A stretch of 63,269 bases of DNA, counting the filler, from Polymyxa betae A26-41 (taxonomy: Eukaryota > Protista > Endomyxa: Phytomyxea): assembly GCA_003693705.1 (NCBI GenBank). It is 7 parts of 7 records of this genome, joined end to end, with 100 filler letters (N's around TTAATTAATTAA, not from the genome) between each part and the next. Parts side by side here need not be neighbours in the genome. Positions count along the whole stretch, not along the records: positions 28,931 to 41,566 come from RBZT01000157.1; positions 41,667 to 55,061 come from RBZT01000658.1; 5 more parts are not named here. The stretch is one strand, 5' to 3'. A program made the translations under genes and the position numbers. The notes below the pieces were generated by a model. The model saw only the letters and a program-made list of their open reading frames with translations, did no database searches and was not told the origin of the DNA. This document shows positions 35,356 to 47,900 of this stretch, one piece after another (position 1 is the stretch's first letter; every line of letters begins with the position of its first letter).

Positions 35356-38088
35356 ATGCCTCATAGTATCATGCTTTTCGCTGTTCTATTTTCTATCTCT
35401 GCTGTATCCATATCAGCATTCTATAACGCTGATGATCCATCTAGAGATCATTCAAATCTACCTGCTAATAATCACCTACCTTTAATTGCCTATCTCAAGT
35501 AAGCTCACGCCGACAGTTTTCTCTACAAACAAATCTCTTCAATATGAAATCCTGTTTCAATGCCCATTTCGCCCAGTTTCGATTTACAGCATTTCCACAC
35601 TATGGTTTTTTGTTTTATGGCTGAAATGGCGAACATTGATAGAATGGTATTAGTTGCAATCTGGACATGATTGATATCGAGCTGGCTCTCAGCCTGGTTC
35701 GGGAGACGAATGAATCCGATCTGGATGATATTCGTTCTCGTACAGTTGACACCCTGCGACCTTGGATCTGGGCCCGAATATTCCATCAACGCAACATTCA
35801 TCATCTGTCGCAGGCCAACGATTTCCGTGCTTTCTCCGATGCCATCTTTGCCGATCGACCTGATCGGGCACAGTTCGAGGCAGCGATCGTCATGACGGGT
35901 TACGGCTCTCGTGAGCCAACGTCTCCTTTCTCTGACGGCATGGAATTGGGCGATTTTCTAACATCATGGTCTGTATCGTATTTAGCATATTTCAAAGTTC
36001 GGAAATTTTAAAAAAATTTCAGATTTCATTCACTGATTATTAATGCGAGTTTATTATATATTTCTGTATCAGTATGCTGAACGTATCATGTATTGTAGTC
36101 GAGGGCTGTTTGTCCTTCATTCTGATCATGTCGTCTCCAAATCCATCATACGTCTATGTCAATACTGCAACCTGAAGGGATATTTGGACGTTTTCCTCCA
36201 CGAGCTTCCATTCATGTTCGCATCGATTCAATCTGCACATAATGTTATTATGCGCTTTATCTATACCATGTCAGACCTTGCAATATTCCATTCACATTTT
36301 TCAGGCGGTTTCACAAACTCTCGTTTGTTGAAAACCAGGAATCTCGGCACTTTTTCACAAATGATTTTAATGTGTTATGACGACCGTACTGACCCTATCG
36401 TCATACTGTAGGGCTGGCAGATGGACCTCTGGAACACATGTGTTCGCTGCGTTCCGCCGCATGATCGAATTTCACGCTGATCATGGCGATGATGTTGCCT
36501 TCTGGCTCCTATTTGATTATCAATGTGATGATTGGAATACCTGGCTCGATATTCTCCAATCTCTCACCATCATGTATGTCTGTATTTCGCTCTGGTCGAA
36601 ATCGGCGCCCTCGCTCATTGACTATACTTATTCGATGGTGTTTTGGAATCTACCAAAAGCTGATTTTTTTTCAGGTTAAATTCCGATGATGATGCTGAAC
36701 ATGAGGATTATCGTGAATCTGAACACGAAATTATTAACGAGGCGCTGGCAGCGTGCGTCCGGGTTCAAGATGATCCTGATCTGCAAGCTGTAACATCCTT
36801 TATGGTGACCTGCCTATTCCGCTGTTTAACAATCAGCTGCCCAATTCAGCCCGAGATCCTTCTGGATGGTCTGTTACATCTCAGCGACCAACAGCTTCGT
36901 GATGCGATGCGAACGAATTCCACGTTTCCGGAATTTTATGAGAAATTGAATGCGTTAGGTGATGATCATGTTGATCTGTACCCACGACTCCGAGATCTGT
37001 GTCCGGAGAGGATCAATATAGACGAGGTCATACACGATCACAACTCACTTGAACGTATGCATGTTCGCTCTATCACAAATCTCGATGATGAATACGAGCT
37101 GATTGAGCCATTGGGTCTGTCATTTCACCTATTGTTCTCCTACAATTGAGAAATTTTGATATTTTTTTGCTATTTCGTGCTGCTTTTTCCTGATTTTTTT
37201 TATGAAAAATCGTTTTGAATCACTGCGTTTTGTGGTTGGTTTGTAGATGATTTGATTTCGTTTGTTACTCTCTTACAAATTTATAGGTGAGGGTAGTTCG
37301 GGGATAATTTATCGAGGACGCTGTGTTCGTGACCCAGCTATTTGTGAAGTCGCCATTAAAGTTCAGCGATCTGACGACCCAATGAACGACCACGAGATCG
37401 AATTCATGTCTCAGTACTGTCAGTCGGACCTGATCCCCGGGCTAGTACGTCTACTGGATCTGATCGAGTTCGAGGGCGATACCTTCATCGTCATGGAGCT
37501 CGTCCCAGGCAGCACCGTCCAGGATTCCTCGATCGCTGCCGACTCCGAGAACGCCGCCCTGCAACTGGTAACGTTAACATTCGAGATGTTGGCCGTACTG
37601 CATCGTCTCCATCATGCCGGATATGCTCATGGGGATATTCGCCATCTTCACAACTGTAAGTGTCCGCAGACGATTTGATTTGGTTAGGTTTGCTTTGGGT
37701 TTTAGGGTTTGCCTCTCTCGTCGTTGTTTTCTCCTGACGAATGACTCTGATGTCGCATTTACATAGTACAGTCTCAACTGACATTGTTGTTACAGTTATG
37801 CTGGACTCAGCCAGTAACAGAATGGTTTTACTGGATTTCGGTTTCACCGTGAGAATGTGTTATTCGTGTCACTATGATATCTCGTATCTGTATGCACGTC
37901 TCATGGAACGTCTCAGTCATGTTAAGATCCATCTGGGTCTATCATGGTATGAAACAGGAATTGGTCTATTAGCTCAATATCATGCTGCATTGTTCTCATG
38001 GCCGTACCGGACCTGGACTTGCATGCAGCTCAGCAACGACCCTGTATTCGATTGTGTTCGCGGAATCGTTACAGTCCCGGATCGGTAA
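35356..38088 (+). CDS. Multi-exon protein with signal peptide and C-terminal protein kinase domain
   Basis: MPHSIMLFAVLFSISAVSISA; in-phase GT-AG introns 35499-35653, 35973-36072, 37115-37286, 37656-37795; LGEGSSG, VAIK, HE, IVMELV, HGDIRHLHN, LLDFG. The junction near 36300-36412 is unresolved. Confidence 0.75.
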
Positions 38089-39573
38089 CATGATTATCCG
38101 GATCTAGGGCAGTATGCCGTGTTACACCGGTATACAGGGCCACCCATATAGTATCAACGGACTCAGGAGAATCATGATTCTGATGCCTCCGCAAGATTTC
38201 ACTTGTAAACCCTAACCCTAAAACTTGAACATGATCACCGTCAATACGAGCTTATTGTGAACCCCATTTTGCATAATATATTGAAGAGGATTGTTGCTTA
38301 AATAATCGATCCTTTGCATTTAAATACAGCTGCACAAGATATCTGACTATTTCTGCGGGCATCCGGACAGAATACTAAAATTAGTTGGATACTGCACAAT
38401 ATGTCCGGATGCGTCCAGAATGGAAAAAAGTAGAGCTGCCACTTTATTAAATTCAATAGCACCCACGCTGAAGGCGCTGTTCGATCATATCAATGACGTC
38501 CTTATCACCAGCACCAGATTTGTCTCAGTCCAACCAGTCACGAACGTTTATGGCATTAGGAGAATGGTCAGATGCAGAATCACACGCTGACGAAGGCAAG
38601 TTATTTCCTTCAAAGCCTTTCTTGATCAGGGCGATTAGCTGAGAGTAATGCTGATCCATCTGCGCCCATTGTTCGCTTATAATGAGACCATTTATGAGTC
38701 GATTAGCGCTGTTCGTTTTGCCTTAATTGTTGTATAGGTCTCCGGATCGGAGCAGTTAACCTCATATTGGGCCAGGACGGCTTCGTCATCAATATTGTCG
38801 AGCACACTTAAAGGATCGCCACAGAAAGCGGAATCTGGTCCGAACTATAAACGAGCGATCTCATCATCGGAAAGGTAGCTACCAAAATTTTCGGAGAACA
38901 AGCGATATTGTTGTTTGAACAATCAGATACAAAAGCTAACGAATTTGTGCCAAGCCTGCCTACCTGATCTGCCGTACCGTCAACGTTGCAGCCGTGTCCT
39001 AGGTAGTATCCACAGTATCTCAGCCTGAGGAAAAAGCAAGGACTGCTGTAGATTGAATTCGTCCTCCAGTGGCTTTAGCTTTAGGAAGAAAGTTCTCAAA
39101 CAGCCCGTTTTTGCCAGAACAACAACGCGATCGTGCTCTGTGGACCTGAAACGCCGACTCGGTTTTTCCCGCAGTATATTGTTCTCACTGCAGCGTAAAA
39201 TGAGAAAACAGAACGATTTTTCCAGGGTCATAAAAGCATCAAGGCAATATGGCCGAGCTTCTCGCCATCCAGCGCTGTTTCGACACAGCTGTGTCTTTTG
39301 GATGATAGCTAGCCCACTCAAAGAGCAGACAGGTTTTCACACGGTCGTCCTGGATGGCATGAGACCGACCAACCATTGTTTCGAATGGCAGAGACTCGGC
39401 CCAATGCGTCTTAAGGGCTGTGAGACAGCCCTCCAGCAGTGGTTGCAGTTTCGACAGTAGAGAGTTCATTAGAAATTGACTGTGTAATCTCCAAGGACTG
39501 CTGTAGATTGAAATCGTCCTCCAGTGGCCTCAGCTGTTGGAAGAACGTTTTCAAACTGTCAGCTCTTGCCAGA

Positions 39574-39678
39574 CAGGGCTCCGATCGGGTTCAGGTGCAA
39601 CCCGAAAACCCGAGTTCGGGTCGGGTTCGGGATCGGGTTGAAGGCTGCACCCGAACCCGAAAACCCGAAACGACCCTG
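39574..39678. mobile_element. Small MITE-like element with CAGGG...CCCTG ends and ACCCGA/TCGGGT repeats (hAT-like style)
   Basis: Termini and repeats visible; no target duplication found. Confidence 0.55.
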
Positions 39679-41280
39679 CTGGTAGGCGTACGACAGGTAA
39701 CTGCGCCTCCTATCACAGAAGGTTAGGCCGTACGACCTCTGTCTCCCCCCTCACTCTGTCTCGCTCTTGTCATTTAATTGATTAACATTTCTTCGGTTTT
39801 TATGCCCGTTTCGTTTGCTTTTCGATCGTGCTCTTATAACGCAGATTTCCACTTTCGGTCTCCCTTCTATTATCCAATGATTTCGGAACGACACTGAAAT
39901 GTTGATCAGGCTAGCCTTGACAATGTTAATTGTTTCGTCGTGGGCTAATCGCATTGCGAAATCTTTAGCAATGGCCGATATTGGTCCTTAGTGAGTTTGT
40001 TGTGAGTAGAATGATGTTGCGTATGAAAAGGCGTCCCACTTTTCCCTTCCGAAAAACCCCATTTTTATGTAGAAAAATCTAATTTTCATATACCTTCTAA
40101 TAATGAAATCAGCATTGTTTTATTCTGTATTAATAATCTATTATCCCTGCATAACTATATCCAACTATTATTGTCTTTATCTGTAATGGTTTCAGAATTT
40201 CTTTCAGCTGTATCTGGAACGCCGATCATGGGAGAGCGGGGTATTACGACGTCGCAGGAAGTCCTCTGAGAGGGATCGGCTTAACAAAAGAATTCGGTTT
40301 TGATTCTGATTTCGTCTGGAACAGCTTTGTGATCCGGGCAAATATGGTGAAGACGGAAACAGGGAACGAGAGAGGGTTCCCTCTATATTCTATAGGTATG
40401 TACCTCGGTTTAACAGGTTAACCACTGGAATTTCGAAGTCCAAAATAAACTAGTCAAACTTCGTTCTATTATTTTCGTGGAATTTCCAAGCAGGCGGTTC
40501 CATGAGCGGACATTCATCATAATGGATATATTTCGTCTGAGAATGAGCTACGGTCGGCACAGACGATATCTCCATTGTCAGAGAAAGCAGATTCCGAAGC
40601 GACCGATGATCCTGGTATCATTAACTAACACGTCCTGAGCTAAAAGACTCAGCTTAAGAGATTGAGGAAATGCTGCATGCGCGGTTTATGGATTTTTGAC
40701 CGGTTAACCGATAGCTGTCCGAAGCTCATCAAATTATTCCGGCGCAAAATGACTGGTTATCAACCAGCAATACCAAGTCTGCGGGTGACATGATGATGCC
40801 TTCAATAGGACACGAACAGGTATTTGGAATTCAAATGAAGGCAATATATCGTTCACAGCTATGAAACTTAATTACCCATGCTCAGGAAATTCCAATTTTC
40901 TGGGCCAGTCCTTCCACCTCAGCTCGGTCACGGAAAGGGATGTTTTAGAGTGAAAAATGTAAACTTTGTAAATTAGCAAGCATAATTGGCGAAATCAGAA
41001 CGCTGTGCTGAATGCAAAGCCATCAATTTGATGAAGATAAGCACGTAATACAAAAAACTCTTCCAAAGAAGATTGAAAAATTTACAACATTGAATCACCC
41101 CATAATTTGAAAACGGGGCGTACTCAACTTGAAATACGAATTTGAACAGGAAACAATAACGTTCGAAATGCCCAATAGTGATGGAAGTTTGAGAGGATCT
41201 CAATAAATGAGCCTATCGCACGGTACCTATTGATAACAGCCAGATGATCGCCAAAGGGTTTGGCTCGCCCTTCAATACTA

Positions 41281-41398
41281 CCGTAGATCACCAGTGTCAC
41301 GCACTTCTTGGTTGGAGAAAGTGCGACGGCAGCGAAGCCTCCCAGCCGTCGACGGCTGAGAAGACTTACTGCATATTAAGTTATTAGAGAGTCTACGG
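41281..41398. mobile_element. 118-bp Tc1/pogo-type MITE
   Basis: TA|CCGTAGA...TCTACGG|TA. Confidence 0.6.
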
Positions 41399-41566
41399 TA
41401 ACTGGGGTTCTGGCAAGAAAACCTTGCCAGAACCCCAGTATAATGGAAAGGTTTAGGCAAGGTTTGGAGATATTATGTAGTTTTGGGAACCACACCAACC
41501 TCTTCCAAAACTACCATTATAATAAAAATTGAATTATGTATTAAATAGGTTAGTACGTACTCTCAT

Positions 41567-41666
41567 NNNNNNNNNNNNNNNNNNNNNNNNNNNNNNNNNN
41601 NNNNNNNNNNTTAATTAATTAANNNNNNNNNNNNNNNNNNNNNNNNNNNNNNNNNNNNNNNNNNNN
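41567..41666. other. Artificial contig spacer
   Basis: N-run + TTAATTAATTAA + N-run. Confidence 0.98.
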
Positions 41667-41685
41667 GGATGACGTTACTGATACG

Positions 41686-42039
41686 ATGGACGTTACGGAC
41701 CCCATCCCACCACCAACGTTCCGCAGTATCATCCCACCTATGGAACGTGAATCTCTACCGTTATATATGCGATGTCTGGCCTGTGCTAAAGCCCGCCGAT
41801 GTTGCGGTCCAGCACGACCCTGCTGGCATTGCGTACGACGACGTGAAGAACATTTATGCCTGGATCGTGGCTTATCACCACCGACCAAGTACATAGGGAA
41901 ACGTAAAGGTGGAGTTCGTCTACGCAGACAGTATCGTAAACTGATTATAGATTCGCAATCGCCGGATCGAACACGATCATCGGAGTCATCGCTCGATCTG
42001 ACCGTGTTACTGGATGCGTTACAGAGCAAAGATGTATAA
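41686..42039 (+). CDS. Zn(II)2Cys6 binuclear-cluster DNA-binding protein (frame open to contig start, may be 5'-partial)
   Basis: CLACAKARRCCGPARPCWHCVRRREEHLC fits C-x2-C-x6-C-x5-C-x2-C-x8-C; basic stretch follows. Confidence 0.8.
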   Translation: MDVTDPIPPPTFRSIIPPMERESLPLYMRCLACAKARRCCGPARPCWHCVRRREEHLCLDRGLSPPTKYIGKRKGGVRLRRQYRKLIIDSQSPDRTRSSESSLDLTVLLDALQSKDV

Positions 42040-42305
42040 CGTTACAATTCTTTAATACAATTTGGCGATTCAAGAAATTCAGAGTTTCAACAATGAATGG
42101 GCATTCAAACACGGCTATAGTCTGAAGATGGATGTCGGGAAGTACTGGGCCAGGCGAAATAACTGCGCGCTCGACTATTTCTCAGATATCGTCGAGTGGC
42201 AGACCTGATAACGCAATCTTTCAGAATCCAGCTCTGCGATTCCTGTTTTTTCTCTGTAATGTTATCACTGTATACTCGGCAAATCAGCTGTTTCTCGGCT
42301 ATTCC

Positions 42306-42619
42306 GAACGACTCTCTCTTTCTTGAAGGAGAAGTGAGCATGTGATAAAGGGGTCTGATCGCCAGACGCAATGCTAACCCTCCCAGCTGGCTATAAGGGT
42401 GACGAGGCAATTGTAGAAAATCAAGTTTGTATTGTTAAGGATGGAGATGATAATCAAAGAGCCCCAGAATAATCTCATCTGACAGACATGGGCCGCGCCG
42501 CCATGTCATTGTTCTAGACGGAGAGAATCTTTAGAACAATATCCGTACAATGTAACATTATCGGGCTTCTATGGAGATGTTTGTTATAAAGAGTATCGTT
42601 ATAGAGAGCGAGGACTGTA
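42306..42619 (+). repeat. Dispersed ~315-bp repeat, copy 2
   Basis: Similar to 30051-30366; ends GGACTG|TA. Confidence 0.85.
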
Positions 42620-43030
42620 GTTACCTGCTAGCTCATCTAGTCGTGATTGAAGCGCAGCCTTCAGGCAACGAATTCGGATGATGCGACTCTACGAGTAACA
42701 TGTCCTGAACTGGCACTTCTTCAATCAGTATTTGAAGGTCAGCCAGACGGTTCTTTCGCTGAAAAGATGGGTGATAACGCAGAATGCCAAGATAGTTGAG
42801 AGGGAAGCAGACAGACCTGGGCCAGATTGTTTGCTGAAAGATTCCAATGGCGGGCATTGAGATAGATATAGAACTAGATTCTGACAGCGCGCAGGGCCTA
42901 GAGCAAGGCGTGCGTCCGGAAGACGCTGACGCTGATAATCCGCATTCTCGATGGAAGTCTCGAACACGTAAGGAAAATGTTTTCGGAGAAAACAATCGAA
43001 GTGTTCATGATTGTCAACATCAAAAGTGTA

Positions 43031-44656
43031 TTAAAACGCAATGACGAATTGAACCGAATTCTGTTGGGAATTTGTTGCGAAATTGTCTGGGATCGCGTAC
43101 TGGCCCCGCCACTGTTCGTCAGTGAAAGATTCGATCTGCATATAGATAGGGGAGAGCGGATCCTGAACATGACGAAGGGGAATGAATCCGCGCTGATCCA
43201 GCTGATTGGCGAACCGAGGCTCGTATGATAGGAGGATCTGGGCGATTTCAGGTCGGTCATACTGGGCGGCCACATGCAGAAGATTTCCGCTCTTGGCGTC
43301 GTCCAGCTGCAGAAGCACACAGTTCCGAATCCTCTCGAACATCATCAGAGCGCGGAATCGGTTCGCGTCTCCATTTGAAATCAAATCGGTCAAACTTAAC
43401 AGAACGTGTCTGTATCTGTCATTAACAATGGCCGCGATCTCCGCCATTCTCGAAAGCGTCTCGACATCCGCCAGGCGCCCTCGCTTCACGAGCTTACTTA
43501 GAGCGCCAACTGCAGTCTGCTTATCCAGGAACGGTACGACCTCATTCAGATCGTACTGGTCCACGGCGTCGACATAGTCAGAAATATCGAAAATGATTCC
43601 AATAGAGCGTAATGCGAGGAGAATGCGAGGATCCCTGAGACGAGATTCTGGGAGGCGTTTAAGTACGTAGATGGATGTCATGCGGATATTTGTGATTATG
43701 TAGTTGAAAGGTTCCGGAACAGAATCGCAGAACTGTTCGCTTAGCTCGAGAGTTTGAATCAGAGAGTAATCGTAGACACCGTTCGGATCGTGGAAATACT
43801 TGAAGAACAGGTGGATATCTGCAATGGTTTCAGGCAGGACAGGTTTCCGGTGATGCAGCTTCCGGCGAAGAGCTTTGTAGACCGTCGCGATCTCCGGATA
43901 GTTCATCAAACGTGGCGGATTCTGGCGCCATTCCGAGATGATCTCAATGTCTCCGTTCTGGAAGGGTTCGGAGGGATCGTGCTCGAAAACCGGGAACGTA
44001 GAGACGAGTTCAAACTGAGCAACGAGAGTGAGATCGAGGGCTTCGCGGACAATCTTGAGAACATCTTCTGGGAGAGAAATGTCCACAAACGGATTACTGA
44101 GCTTGAGAAACTCATTGATCACTTTCAGATCGTATTTCTTATACAGAGCCATTCCAGGTAGTAGAGCCGCGACCTTTTCAAATCGAAATGTCTCGACCAG
44201 GATGTGGGCCAGCTCGACGATCTCCTGGATCGGTCTCCCGCATTCGAACAGCTGATTGGTGATATGGACAGCTTCACTCCAATCGATAGTTAACGAAGGT
44301 GACGATTGTCGGATCTCAGCGTGATATGAAAACGGAGCCTGATTCGGGATCAAAGCTCGAATAGCGTCCGGGTAGAGATGGGCGGGTAGAGCCGGATCCA
44401 ATAAACGACCAGATCGAATAAGATCACGAGATGCGGTGTTGAACATTCGCCGATTCTGTAGCGGCATCTGATTGAGAATCAGGTTGAGCAGATCCGGGTT
44501 ACCAAGAACCACGTCTTCAACAGATTCCACAGACTCCATCTCCGTATCTTGAATGGCGGCAGACACAGACGCCAGGGCCAGTACGGCGGCGTACAGCACA
44601 AGCCGAGGCTGAGGACGTCTTGAGGTCATCGTGTTTGAGGGAATGGAGTCCATCAA
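43031..44656 (-). CDS. Intronless secreted protein with C-terminal ankyrin repeats (effector-like; likely start 44629)
   Basis: Signal peptide LVLYAAVLALASVSAA; ankyrin GNLLHVAAQYDRPEIAQILL...DQRGFIPL; 541-aa intact ORF. Confidence 0.85.
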   Translation of the reverse strand: MMDSIPSNTMTSRRPQPRLVLYAAVLALASVSAAIQDTEMESVESVEDVVLGNPDLLNLILNQMPLQNRRMFNTASRDLIRSGRLLDPALPAHLYPDAIRALIPNQAPFSYHAEIRQSSPSLTIDWSEAVHITNQLFECGRPIQEIVELAHILVETFRFEKVAALLPGMALYKKYDLKVINEFLKLSNPFVDISLPEDVLKIVREALDLTLVAQFELVSTFPVFEHDPSEPFQNGDIEIISEWRQNPPRLMNYPEIATVYKALRRKLHHRKPVLPETIADIHLFFKYFHDPNGVYDYSLIQTLELSEQFCDSVPEPFNYIITNIRMTSIYVLKRLPESRLRDPRILLALRSIGIIFDISDYVDAVDQYDLNEVVPFLDKQTAVGALSKLVKRGRLADVETLSRMAEIAAIVNDRYRHVLLSLTDLISNGDANRFRALMMFERIRNCVLLQLDDAKSGNLLHVAAQYDRPEIAQILLSYEPRFANQLDQRGFIPLRHVQDPLSPIYMQIESFTDEQWRGQYAIPDNFATNSQQNSVQFVIAF

Positions 44657-44872
44657 TCAGACCCGCAGGATTTAAGCCCCGGACTGCTCAGGTCATCGCA
44701 GAGATTGATCCAGAGTGATTAGTTAGGGTTAGGGTTACTTCACGACTGTTACAGAGTCCAGCCAGCCATGAATAGCTTTGAATACGTTGACAAAAAGAAA
44801 CGTCATAGGATCACAACTTTGTGTTGAAATCTTCTCTGTTCAAAATCCATTTATTTGATCCGATCTAGATGG

Positions 44873-44981
44873 GGATTTTCACGAATCCGAATCATTCGAT
44901 TGAATGATGGCGATTCCGGTTGTGACTCAATCTTCTGGCAGTTGACTCTTCTGTAACTACTCATCAATTGACCTGAAATTT
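44873..44981 (+). repeat. ~110-bp dispersed repeat (second copy 49948-50053)
   Basis: ATCATTCGATTGAATGATG-CGATTCCGG-GTGACTCA...TAACTACTCATCA-TGACCTGAAATTT in both. Confidence 0.8.
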
Positions 44982-47900
44982 CCCTCTTACGACGACCGCT
45001 GCCTCTATGGTCAGTCTGTGTGGCTGGGGAAGGTTCCTTGCTTGCTTTGCTGTCAACAAACCCACCTCTGTTCCAGCGAGACAGCTGAACATACCACTTA
45101 TGCTTTCTCGCTAGGTCAGTATCGTCACCGCCGGAAATTCGACCAATGTCGACGGAATCTGCCGATGTAATAATCGAGAATGATTTGCAGTATCGACAGA
45201 GCTGCAAGAGTCGTGTTTAATAATAGATGATTCCGAGCCTCAATCCCTTCGTAGTGAAATTGAGACGTGCTCTTAATTCGGAATCCTACAACGTTTATTA
45301 TGTAAATAAAAGTACAACCACGATCATTTTGAAGAGTCCGAGCTGGAATCTTTACCAAAAAATAGGTTTATTACAGAACAAGTCAAATGCAAAATTCTTG
45401 ATCAAAATCAGCACGTAACTTTTAAATCGCTCGCAAAATATGAAGTCGATTTCTGCAGATTCCCCGAGCTGAAGGTCACCTGGACCAAGAGGGATGTTCA
45501 AAACTCGATCCAGCAGAACACGAAACGTTCTTCGGAGGCTTTTGATTTAGTCAACCTGCTGATAGGGCCAACAGCTGGTGGGAGTTTGGGGTAAAACTGG
45601 GCCCCAGAGACCCTTCGAATGAGACGACTGTTTTAATTCTCTCGAAAACGCAAGCATCAATACCGCTGCTGAGGATTTTAATGCGTTTGAGGTCATCCAT
45701 AGAGACCATATCCGTAAAACATCCGCATTGTCAGGTTCATAGAAACCCACATAAAGTTCGTACAAAGGGAGGGCCTAAAATTGGTTCGAATCACAAATCA
45801 AGGCCGAAACCCGCCTCCAAAAGCGGCATATACTGCTAAGAAATAAATACAGAGTTCGAAGCCACAAAGAGGCCGCTTCGCGGTTGCGGCTGGAAGCTGG
45901 AAGCAACCTATATAGTAGGAGGTTGCATACAGTCTTTTGGAAGCAACTGGTTGCATCCCTAGCAGGGTCGTTGCAGAAAAGCTGGGCAATTTTGGGTTGA
46001 TTCCGTAAGGTTCGGGATCGGATATTTAAACCGGAATGCCCACTTTGGAACCGTCAGTTGTTTCAAAGGCAAAGCAGTGATTAAGGTTGAAGCGAAGGAA
46101 TGAGCGGTGAGGAGCACACGCTTTTATTGCAGAAACGTAATGAAGATAGAAACAAAACAAAGGGGCCACGTGACCAAGAACACAATCACATGGTACAGCA
46201 CGTGATCAGGATCAGGATCGGGAACGCCGGCCTCGGGTACGTCCCGCAGGACCGGGGTTTTCTGGGTTTAGAGGGTTGTCGAGTGAACCGAGATTCCTCC
46301 CCGCCGATTGAGATATTGGCTGAGGTTGATGGCGCGCCCAGTAATCGCGTATAACTTTCTGATCGTCAAACAGGTAAAGATCGTCCAGACAGCGTTGTAC
46401 GGAATACGAGAGTTGACAAGGGGGGTGACACGCAAAAAAACAATTTATGCGTGGTGTTCGGAAAATTTTTCTCGTGCAACAAATTTCGTCGTGCTCGTTC
46501 TGAGAAGGGATTTTCTGCCAACGATATGGGATACCAGACGGGCAGTGTGGCCCGGGCTGCCCAGCGAGCCGTGCTCGGATCCAGCAGTCCATCAAAGAGC
46601 AACTTGAGCAACTGGCAGTCTCCAAAGTCGGCCCCGAGCAACGGCGACGTTGTGGCCGTACTGTCCTGCTCACATGCAATGCGCGTGGCTTCGCTTGGCA
46701 ATTTCAATACTTCGACATTGCTGTATTGAATTATGATACCTCGGAAGCGAAAGCCTATTATCGAAATGATTTGGGATGCTGTTAAACGTTTACCTTGTGC
46801 TCAATGGATCATTGCAATCTCTTTGTTTAACGGGTTGGTCAACTTTTTGCCCTCTGCTTTATTATCAGTTTCCATTATACAAAATCGCAAATTCGAAAGA
46901 GCTTCAGGGTTTATAAAAATTAAGGCGTTCTCGCCTTTTTCCAAATTGACCCCTCAATTGTGAATTGTATCTATATGGATGCTTATCGAGAGAAAATGGC
47001 GAATGTTTAAATGTTAAAGATGTGGAGCGTGAGAAGTGGTTCGGCCAAGAGGTGGAACTGTTTGCAGGAACGAGATGGGCCTCGGCCTGAGCCAATGTTT
47101 CGAGATTTGTTGTGACTCCCTCCTAACACCCTCTTCCTGCACGTTTTGCCATATTACAGCAACTCAGCACTCACTACGAAAGTCTGCTCAGATTAGAATA
47201 ATTTTCTTCATTCAGCAAGCAATCCAAGAAGCGGTCGGTCCCAGTCGACCCTAACCCTAACAGAGTATTGGTCATGGTCATTATCGCCGGTGGGCCGCAC
47301 CCCAGTCGGTCACATTGAGCTCGCCTCCTTAATACATCCGCCCGATCGAGCTTTCCGTGTTAGAAGAAAAGACGAAGCTGTATGTTCACGAATCCATCTC
47401 TAAGAACTGATACAAAACTAAACCCTTGAACCGGTAACGAAACGTAAAGTCCACGTGATCGATAAAAACAGCACGATCAAGCTTCAAAAAAAATACTAAT
47501 CCAATAAAGCCCAAATTTCGCAAATTGACCAACGGTAATTGGAAAAGAGGAACAAAAGAACCCATACTAGAAGCAGGCAGTGGTGCAGCATCCACTGCGA
47601 TGTTTTGTCGTGAGATGTTACGTTTAATCATAGATCGTACATAATCAATCCAATCAGTGCTGCGTTGGAAAGCACTTAGGCAAAGTGACCGTCGTAAATC
47701 ATACGTATTTCTGTATCCATCGCTGCTAGGTTCGATGAGCTATACGGATTTGAAATCGCTGTCGTTGGGCCTCGACGATCTCATCATTATTGTCAAAAGC
47801 ATCCAGCTGGCTCTGGAAGAACGCCAAGACCTGCTGGTCAGTATGGAGCGGCGGCTAAGGGCCTAGACGAGGAGATTATAAAAGCAACCAGAGATTTTTT

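Noticed and set aside
45547-45765. hAT transposase-like ELYVGFYE segment
   Set aside because: No following DG/CxxH motifs in any frame I read
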